Positions 57,282 through 64,000 of a stretch of DNA of 64,000 bases are shown piece by piece. The notes under the pieces were generated by a model. The model did no database searches. It was not told the origin of the DNA and saw nothing but the letters and a program-made list of their open reading frames with translations. Positions within the stretch are counted from its first letter, which is position 1; every line of letters begins with the position of its first letter. A program made the translations under genes and the position numbers. This DNA is from an uncultured Candidatus Binatia bacterium. Its GTDB lineage: Bacteria > Desulfobacterota > Binatia > UBA9968 > JAJDTQ01. The stretch is from assembly GCA_965215605.1 (NCBI GenBank), contig OZ244070.1, positions 128,001 to 192,000 of the forward strand, read 5' to 3'.

Positions 57282-58688
57282 ATGACAGCATCAACGAACG
57301 GTATGGGAGAGACCCTCGGGGAGGCCATCGCCTTTCTTGAGGCCCACTATCCGGACGAGGTCATCCGGGTCACCCGTGAAGTCGACCCGGTCTTCGAGGT
57401 GACCGGGATTCTAGCCAAGCTGGAGCGCCAGCAGCAGTTCCCGTGCGTGATCTTCGAGAACGTCAAGGGCTCGTCCATTCCGCTGGTCACCAACATGCAC
57501 GCCAGCTTTCCGCGGTTGGCCATGGCCATCGGGCTGCCCTACGACGCCACCCCCGCGGACTTCATCCACGAATACGGCAAACGCGAGGCGAACCCGCTGC
57601 CGCCGGTGGAGGTGGAGAGCGGGCCGTGCCAGGAGGTGGTGCTCACCGGCGACGACGTGGACGTCACCATGTTTCCGATCCTGCAGTACCACGAGCTCGA
57701 CGCCGGCCGTTACATCACCCTGGCCTTCGACGTCATGAAGGAGCCGGACACCGGCATCCGCAACGCCGGCATCTACCGGCTGCAACTCAAGGGCCGGAAC
57801 CGCTTCGGGATCCAGATCTCGGAGACCGCCCACGGCCACTACATCCTCAAGAAGAACAAGTCCCGGGGCCTGCCCACCCAGATGGCCGCGGTCATCGGCG
57901 GCCATCCGGCCATGAACATCGGCAACCTGAGCTTCACCTCCATCGACACCGACGAGTTCAGCATCGCCGGCTCCATGCTCGGCAAGCCGGTGGAGCTGGT
58001 GAAGTGCAAGACCATCGACGTGGAGGTGCCGGCCACGGCCGAGATCGTGCTGGAGTGCGAGATCCATGCCACCGAGATGGAAGAGGAGGCCCCCTTCGGC
58101 GAGTATCCCGGGACCTACGGCCCCCAGCGCGTGAACCCGGTGGTGTACGTCAAGGCCATCACCATGAAGAAGAACGCGCTCTACCAGAGCTCGTTCGTGG
58201 GGCACGCCGACAACCTGCTGCTGTCGGGGGTGACGCGGAACAGCTACATCTACCACACCTGCCGCATCGCCAGCGCCGGCGTGAAGGCGGTGTACGTGCC
58301 GCCCTCCGGCCGCTCCCGCTACATCTGCTACATCCAGATGGACTCCATGATCGACGGCGACGCCAAGAACGCCGCCATGGCCGCCTTCGCTGCGGACCCG
58401 TTCCTGAAGTTCGTCGTCTGCGTGGACGAGGACGTGGACATCAGCAACGACAGCGACGTCATGCACGCCATCGCCACCCGGGTGCGGGCGGACCGTGACG
58501 TGTTCATGGTCACCTACTCCAGGGGCTCCCCGCTGGATCCGGCGTCCTACGACCCGGCCGGCGGCTCGCACCTGGTCACCAAGGTGGGCGTGGACGCCAC
58601 CCGCAAGTCCGACTACCCGCTGGAGATCAAGGTCCCGGGCACGGATGCCATCGACCTGACGAAGTACTTCGGCGACCGCTTCAGGTAA
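57282..58688 (+). CDS. UbiD family (de)carboxylase
   Basis: DAGRYIT, NAGIYR, EAPFGEYPG, VDEDVD, KVGVDAT. Confidence 0.9.
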   Translation: MTASTNGMGETLGEAIAFLEAHYPDEVIRVTREVDPVFEVTGILAKLERQQQFPCVIFENVKGSSIPLVTNMHASFPRLAMAIGLPYDATPADFIHEYGKREANPLPPVEVESGPCQEVVLTGDDVDVTMFPILQYHELDAGRYITLAFDVMKEPDTGIRNAGIYRLQLKGRNRFGIQISETAHGHYILKKNKSRGLPTQMAAVIGGHPAMNIGNLSFTSIDTDEFSIAGSMLGKPVELVKCKTIDVEVPATAEIVLECEIHATEMEEEAPFGEYPGTYGPQRVNPVVYVKAITMKKNALYQSSFVGHADNLLLSGVTRNSYIYHTCRIASAGVKAVYVPPSGRSRYICYIQMDSMIDGDAKNAAMAAFAADPFLKFVVCVDEDVDISNDSDVMHAIATRVRADRDVFMVTYSRGSPLDPASYDPAGGSHLVTKVGVDATRKSDYPLEIKVPGTDAIDLTKYFGDRFR

Positions 58689-58743
58689 ACCGGGCGCCGG
58701 GGCAAGAAAGCCGCGTTCCCCCCGGATGTTGCAAGCGCCGTGA

Positions 58744-58891
58744 GAGCAGGGAGGGCGGTGTCCCGGAAATCTGTTGACGGCGGGCGGACGTGATTCGTGA
58801 TCTCGATCAAGCACCCGTTTCCGCGCGACTCACAACAGCCGAGTCCCGGCGGTACCGTCTCCTGATTTCCGGGACACCGCCCTCCCTGCTC
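58744..58891. repeat. 148-bp element with perfect 28-bp terminal inverted repeats (MITE/REPIN-like)
   Basis: GAGCAGGGAGGGCGGTGTCCCGGAAATC (58744-58771) and its exact reverse complement (58864-58891). Confidence 0.8.
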
Positions 58892-58919
58892 GCTCGGCAA
58901 CTTTGACGCGCCTCCTCTC

Positions 58920-59708
58920 ATGCTGATCGACGCCCACGCCCATCTCGACCACTACGACGAGCCGCGCGAGGTGCTCGGCCACATCGAGCGCCAGCGCATC
59001 CTGACCTTGGCCAACTCCATGGACCCCTCCTCCTACGAGCGCAACCTGGAGCTGGCGCAAGGGTGCCGGTTCGTGCACCCCTCCTTCGGAGTCCACCCGC
59101 GGCGAGCGCCGGAACACGTCGACCATCTCGTGGAGTTGGGTCCCCTGGCAGCACGAAGCCCCATGCTCGGCGAGCTGGGGCTCGACTTCCACTGGGTGAA
59201 GGACCGGGACACGTACCCCCACCAGATCCGCGTGTTTGAATTCCTGGTAAACGAGGCCGCGGAACAGGACAAGGTCGTCAACCTGCATACCAAAGGCGCT
59301 GAAAGGCGGGTCCTCGATACGTTGCGGCGCTTCGGGGTGAAGAAGGCCATCGTCCACTGGTACTCCGGGCCGCTGGACGTGCTCCAGGAGATGATCACCG
59401 AGGGATACCTCTTCACCGTCGGGGTGGAGGTCCTGTATTCGGAGACGATACAGACCATCGCGCGCGCCGTACCTCCGCGTCAACTGCTGTCCGAGACCGA
59501 CAATCCCGGCGGCCACCGCTGGCTTGCCGGGGAAGCCGCCCCGCCGGACATCATCGCCGACGTGGTGGCGGCGATGGCGCGGCTCAAGGGACTGACGCCC
59601 GAGAAGATGGAAGCGTTGATCCAGGCCAACTTCCTGCGTCTGCTGGGAGAAGACCCCCGCCTGGCAGGCATCCGGGCGCTCCTGGAAAAAGAAACCGGAA
59701 CGGGATAA
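58920..59708 (+). CDS. tatD: TatD family hydrolase
   Basis: IDAHAHLD, GVHP, GELGLD, LHT, VHW, ETD. Confidence 0.9.
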   Translation: MLIDAHAHLDHYDEPREVLGHIERQRILTLANSMDPSSYERNLELAQGCRFVHPSFGVHPRRAPEHVDHLVELGPLAARSPMLGELGLDFHWVKDRDTYPHQIRVFEFLVNEAAEQDKVVNLHTKGAERRVLDTLRRFGVKKAIVHWYSGPLDVLQEMITEGYLFTVGVEVLYSETIQTIARAVPPRQLLSETDNPGGHRWLAGEAAPPDIIADVVAAMARLKGLTPEKMEALIQANFLRLLGEDPRLAGIRALLEKETGTG

Positions 59709-59770
59709 CAACGGACAGGGCACGAAGCGCCGTGGAGCGTAAGCCACGAACCAGCCCACAAGGAGGAACC

Positions 59771-60868
59771 ATGCTGTTTCTGACCAATGAACACATCCAG
59801 GAAGTCCTGGACATGAAGACCTGCCTCGACGCCATGGAGGACGCCTACCGCGACCTCTCCAAGAACGAGGCGGCGTACCGTCCGCGGATCGACTTCTACG
59901 TGCCCCGGGAGCCCCACTACTACCGCTGGGGCACCATGGAGGGGGCGAGCCGGTCGCTGGGCTACATGGCCATCCGCATGAAGTCGGACATGCTGGTATG
60001 GGAGAAGAACGGCGAGTTCGAGACCGAGGACAAGTACTGCATGGAGCCCGGCACCTACTGCGGCCTGATCTTCCTCCTGAGCGTGCGCAACGGCGAGCCG
60101 CTGGCGCTCATGAACGACGGCTACCTGCAGCACATGCGGGTGGGCGCCTGCGCCGGCCTCGGGGTGAAGTACCTCTCGCGCCAGAACTCCAAGGTGCTGG
60201 GCATGCTGGGCTCGGGCGGCATGGCACGGACCTACACCCAAGCCATCCACGAGGTCCGGGACATCGAGCTGCTGCGGGTGTTCAGTCCCACCAAGGCCAA
60301 CCGGGAAGCCTTCGCCGCGGAGATGCGGGAGCAGCTTGGGCTCACCGTCGAAACCTGCGGCGATGCCGAGACCGCGTGCCGCGGCGCCGACATCGTGGCG
60401 CTGGCCACCGACTCCCTGGTGCAGGTGATGAAACCGGAATGGGTGGAGCCCGGCATGCACATCACCAACGTCCGCTCCAACGAGGCCGGACCCGAGATCC
60501 TGGCCAAGTGTGACCTGCAGGCGCGCCTGGGGGCCTCCACCCTGGTGCTCGACAACCCTCCGCCGGGGACCGTCCACGGCAGCGACGGCATGTTCGCCTA
60601 CATCGCGGGCACGGACGAGGAAAAGACGAAGATCCCGCCCTCGCCCATCCGCGAGATCGACAACGCCAACATCGGCACCATCCCCGACTTGATGGCCGGC
60701 ACCTGGCCCGGACGCACCAGCGACCAGCAGGTGACGTTCCTCAACAACCAGGGCACCCAGGGCCTTCAGTTCGCCGCGGTGGGCGGCACCGCATTCGAGT
60801 TGGCCAAGGCCAAGGGCCTGGGGCACCCGCTGCCGCGGGAGTGGTTCCTGCAGGACATCCGGGACTAG
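59771..60868 (+). CDS. Ornithine cyclodeaminase/mu-crystallin family protein
   Basis: Close paralog of 15011-16099 (YYRWGTMEGASR, KYCMEPG, QHMRVG, GTQGLQFAA, QDIRD). Confidence 0.85.
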   Translation: MLFLTNEHIQEVLDMKTCLDAMEDAYRDLSKNEAAYRPRIDFYVPREPHYYRWGTMEGASRSLGYMAIRMKSDMLVWEKNGEFETEDKYCMEPGTYCGLIFLLSVRNGEPLALMNDGYLQHMRVGACAGLGVKYLSRQNSKVLGMLGSGGMARTYTQAIHEVRDIELLRVFSPTKANREAFAAEMREQLGLTVETCGDAETACRGADIVALATDSLVQVMKPEWVEPGMHITNVRSNEAGPEILAKCDLQARLGASTLVLDNPPPGTVHGSDGMFAYIAGTDEEKTKIPPSPIREIDNANIGTIPDLMAGTWPGRTSDQQVTFLNNQGTQGLQFAAVGGTAFELAKAKGLGHPLPREWFLQDIRD

Positions 60869-60882
60869 CGCCCCCTCGGTGG

Positions 60883-61914
60883 ATGCCCGGAGTCGAACAT
60901 TCCGCCAGGGTACGATCGCGCATGCGCACGGCGCTGCTGCGCTGGTACGACCGCAACAAGCGTGACCTGCCTTGGCGCAGGACCGGCGACCCTTACGCCA
61001 TCTGGGTCTCCGAGACCATGCTCCAGCAGACCCAGGTGGCGACCGTGCTTCCCTACTATCGCCGGTTCATGGAGACGTTTCCGACGGTGGAGGCCCTGGA
61101 CCGGGCGTCGCTGGACACGGTCCGGAGCGTCTGGAGCGGTCTGGGGTACTACCGGCGGGCCGCCAACCTGAAACAGGCCGTGCGTGAATTGGTGGACCGT
61201 CACAGCGGCACGCTGCCGGCGGACTACCAGGCGTTGTTGCGCCTGCCGGGCATCGGGCGGTATACGGCCGGCGCGATCATGAGCATCGCCTTCGGACGGC
61301 GCCACGCCGCACCGGACGGCAACGTCCGGCGCGTCTACGCGCGCCTGCTGGGCCTGACGGACGCCAGGAAGATCGACAGTGCGGCCGAAGAAATGGTGTC
61401 CCGATCCCGTCCCGGAGATTTCAATCAGGCGTTGATGGAGCTAGGCGCCACCGTCTGCCTTCCCGGAACACCCCTGTGCGACCGTTGTCCCCTGGCCCAC
61501 TGGTGCGACGCACGGGCGTCCCGTAACTTCGACGTCCCACGCCGGCAACCCGTACGCGCCAAAGCGATTCATTGGCCGCTGGTGTTCGTGGAGTCGCGGT
61601 CCCGGGTCCTGCTTCACCGCCGCCCCGACAGCGGCCTGCTGGCCGGCCTGTGGGAGTTGCCCACGCCGGACACGCTGCCGGAGGGACTCGCCGACGAAAC
61701 GCTTCGGCAAACCGAACCCGTAGCGGTCATCCGTCATGCCATCACCGACAAGCGAATCGCCGCTCCGGTCTACGTGCTGCGACGAAGGATCGGAGTGCGG
61801 GGAGATGTATGGCGCTGGGTCGACTTGGACGACCTTTCCTCCCATCCCCTCTCCTCGCTCAGCACCAAGGCCATCGGTGCCGTGCGCAGCCATCTCCGCT
61901 CACTTCGCGATTGA
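60883..61914 (+). CDS. mutY: A/G-specific adenine glycosylase
   Basis: RDLPWR, SETMLQQTQV, GLGYYRRA, HhH LPGIGRYTA, DGNV, 4Fe-4S cysteines, C-terminal NUDIX-like domain. Confidence 0.92.
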   Translation: MPGVEHSARVRSRMRTALLRWYDRNKRDLPWRRTGDPYAIWVSETMLQQTQVATVLPYYRRFMETFPTVEALDRASLDTVRSVWSGLGYYRRAANLKQAVRELVDRHSGTLPADYQALLRLPGIGRYTAGAIMSIAFGRRHAAPDGNVRRVYARLLGLTDARKIDSAAEEMVSRSRPGDFNQALMELGATVCLPGTPLCDRCPLAHWCDARASRNFDVPRRQPVRAKAIHWPLVFVESRSRVLLHRRPDSGLLAGLWELPTPDTLPEGLADETLRQTEPVAVIRHAITDKRIAAPVYVLRRRIGVRGDVWRWVDLDDLSSHPLSSLSTKAIGAVRSHLRSLRD

Positions 61915-61951
61915 CGCTGGCATGGCACCCCGGTATGATCAGGTCATACCG
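61911..61951 (+). promoter_or_regulatory. Sigma70 promoter with TA operator
   Basis: TTGACG-17 bp-TATGAT; inverted repeat CGGTATGA-N5-TCATACCG (61931-61951) covers the -10. Confidence 0.75.
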
Positions 61952-61964
61952 AAGGTTCACCCAT

Positions 61965-62234
61965 ATGACTGTGAAGACCACGCTCAGTTTCACGGACCGC
62001 CACCACCACTTTCTGGTGCAGAAGGTCAACGATGGCGTATTCGCCAGCCAAAGCGCCGCCGTGGCAGCAGCCCTCGAGCAGATGATCCAGGATGAGGTGG
62101 AGCGGGAAGTGGCGCTCACCGCGCTGGCCGAGGAGATCCGCGCCCGCGCGCAGACACCGCATTCCGAGTTCGTCGATCGGGAGCAGGCCTTTTCGGCCGC
62201 GCACGCCGCGATTGAAACGGCTCGCAAGAAATGA
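61965..62234 (+). CDS. ParD-like (RHH) antitoxin
   Basis: MTVKTTLSFTD..KVNDGVFASQSAAV; ATGA overlap with the toxin. Confidence 0.8.
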   Translation: MTVKTTLSFTDRHHHFLVQKVNDGVFASQSAAVAAALEQMIQDEVEREVALTALAEEIRARAQTPHSEFVDREQAFSAAHAAIETARKK

Positions 62235-62548
62235 ACTACAGCCTCCGGTTCCATCCGCTGGTGGGACAGGATCTCGAAACCATCGTTCGATGGATCATCG
62301 ACCACGCGGGCAGCGAGGCGGCCGCCCAGAGACTGCACGAAATCGAGGAGACGATCATGAGCCTGGCCCGCGTGCCACACAAGGGATCGATCCGTAACGA
62401 GATCGCACTGGGGTTGCAGGCCATCCCCGCCGGACGGAAAGCTATCATTGCGTTCACGGTGGACGACACGGCCAAGGAGGTCTTCATTTTCGCCGTCTCG
62501 TATGGCGGCGCGGATTGGGTGGCTCGCACGCGCGCCCGATCCCGGTAG
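62231..62548 (+). CDS. RelE/ParE family toxin
   Basis: YSLRFHP..DLE.I..WI, P.KG..R.EI..GL, FTVD..V.I. Confidence 0.85.
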   Translation: MNYSLRFHPLVGQDLETIVRWIIDHAGSEAAAQRLHEIEETIMSLARVPHKGSIRNEIALGLQAIPAGRKAIIAFTVDDTAKEVFIFAVSYGGADWVARTRARSR

Positions 62549-62563
62549 CCTTGCCGACCACGG

Positions 62564-63268
62564 CTACCGTGCATCAGCCCGAGGGAACCGCCGGCTTATC
62601 CACGCGTGGGTTCTGGGACGGCGGCCGCGCAGCGTGCGCGAACATTCGAAATCCCGCCGAAGCCGCTCCAGGTCCTCCACCACGTCGACATCGTAGGTGC
62701 GGGCCACCATGCGGACCCGGAGCTCCAGTTGCCGCGCCCGGGCCAGGCTGTCCTCCAGCACCGACGCGGTGCTCCAGACCATGCCGCTGAAGAGACCCTC
62801 TTCGGGCCCGTTGAGGCCGATCAGGTAGTAGCCGCCGTCATCCGCGGGCCCTAGGACCAGATCGCACCGGTTCCGTTCCAGGACTTCGCACGCCTCCCGG
62901 ACCGAAGCTGCCCTGAGAGTGACGATGTCGCTTCCGACCACAAGCACCTGCCGGTACCCCACGTGGAAGAGGTCCGTGAATACCGCGTGCATGCGCTCGC
63001 CCAGCGACGCTCCCCGCTGGGGCAGCAGCCCGATACCAGGTTCCGGAAGGCGCTGGAAGTAGTCCCGGCTGCGCTCCGCATACGCCACCCACGTATCCCA
63101 CCGTGTCGATGGCGCCAGTTCGTGCAGCACGTCCCGCAGCACGCACTCGTAGAATTCGGCCGCCTGCTCCGGATCGAAAGGCGGGCACAACCGGGTCTTG
63201 ACCCTTCCGGCCAAGGGCGCGCGTCCCATGACGGCCAGCGCGGGCTTGAGGGAATTTACCTGCGTCAC
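62564..63268 (-). CDS. DUF2064/TIGR04282 glycosyltransferase-like protein
   Basis: RAP.AGRVKTRL, QRG.SLGERM, GSD, LGPADDGGYYLIG, WST, DVD..DL. Confidence 0.85.
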   Translation of the reverse strand: MTQVNSLKPALAVMGRAPLAGRVKTRLCPPFDPEQAAEFYECVLRDVLHELAPSTRWDTWVAYAERSRDYFQRLPEPGIGLLPQRGASLGERMHAVFTDLFHVGYRQVLVVGSDIVTLRAASVREACEVLERNRCDLVLGPADDGGYYLIGLNGPEEGLFSGMVWSTASVLEDSLARARQLELRVRMVARTYDVDVVEDLERLRRDFECSRTLRGRRPRTHAWISRRFPRADAR

Positions 63269-63350
63269 CAAATCAACTATAAATGATCGCGCCCTTGAAA
63301 TCGGCCCCCGGCGCACGGCCAAGCCGCCGATACCTCCGGAAGACGATTCC

Positions 63351-64000
63351 ATGCGCAACTATTGGAAACTTGCGCCGGCCATAGCGCTGGCATGCTGCCT
63401 CGTGGGCAACCGGGCGTTGGCTGCGCCCGCGGCCGAGCTCTGGCCGCGGTGGCAGAAGCATGATCCCGCCGACACCCGCGCCATCGACCATTCGGCGTGG
63501 GGGGCGTTCCTGAAACGGTACCTGGTGACGGGCCACCCGTCCGGGGTGAACCGGGTCCGCTACGGCGACGTCGCCAAGACCGGCAAGTCCGCCCTCGACG
63601 GCTACATCGCGCGCCTGGAGAAGCTGCCCATATCCACCTACGGCCGCAACGCGCAGCAGGCCTACTGGATCAACCTCTACAACGCTCTGACCGTACGCGT
63701 GGTAGCGGAGCATTTCCCGGTGAAATCCATCAAGGACATCCGCCTGTCGTCCGGCCTGTTCGGGGGACTCTTCGGCGGCGGCCCCTGGAAGGCCAAGCTG
63801 GCCACGGTCGAGGGAGAGAAGATCTCGCTGGACGACATCGAGCACCGGATTCTGCGGCCCATCTGGCGGGACAACCGGGTCCACTACGCGGTCAACTGCG
63901 CCAGCATCGGCTGCCCGAACCTGCAGGCCGAGCCCTTTACCTCCGGAAACCTGGAACGCCTCCTGGATGGCGGCGCGCGGGAATACGTCAACCACTCAAG
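63351..64000 (+). CDS. DUF547 domain secreted protein (3' end beyond the window)
   Basis: Manual translation MRNYWKL..IDHSAW..AYWINLYNA..SLDDIEHRILR..RVHYAVNCASIGCP; not in the supplied ORF track. Confidence 0.85.
   Translation, partial: MRNYWKLAPAIALACCLVGNRALAAPAAELWPRWQKHDPADTRAIDHSAWGAFLKRYLVTGHPSGVNRVRYGDVAKTGKSALDGYIARLEKLPISTYGRNAQQAYWINLYNALTVRVVAEHFPVKSIKDIRLSSGLFGGLFGGGPWKAKLATVEGEKISLDDIEHRILRPIWRDNRVHYAVNCASIGCPNLQAEPFTSGNLERLLDGGAREYVNHS

Overview
High-GC bacterial chromosomal window. The gene repertoire (many ornithine-cyclodeaminase, amidohydrolase_2, UbiD, LLM, MFS and branched-chain ABC paralogs, plus an ankyrin gene) resembles Binatia-like former Deltaproteobacteria, possibly sponge-associated; this is an inference only. 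Most of the window is housekeeping and envelope genes (dciA-like, trmN6-like, mlaEFD, rlmD, mltA, livFGMHK-like, bepA-like, tatD, mutY) mixed with three orphan catabolic clusters (about 12.7-26.3, 35-42.3 and 54-58.7 kb) and three toxin-antitoxin modules. An accessory island at about 26.4-33.9 kb holds a DARPin-like ankyrin gene disrupted by a nested insertion (a 296-bp ACGGTG-flanked insert, itself split by an intact IS21 with a 7-bp target duplication), a decayed tandem tyrosine-recombinase pair and a Phd-VapC pair. The most notable items are: a single ORF fusing a secreted TlpA-type thioredoxin to a full-length Lgt, downstream of a CtaG copper-delivery gene; the nested insertion that gives the ankyrin protein a new 93-aa C-terminus; and a catabolic cluster in which several enzymes have non-canonical active-site residues. 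I saw no rRNA, tRNA or CRISPR array. All family calls come from motif recognition by eye; no database search was run.
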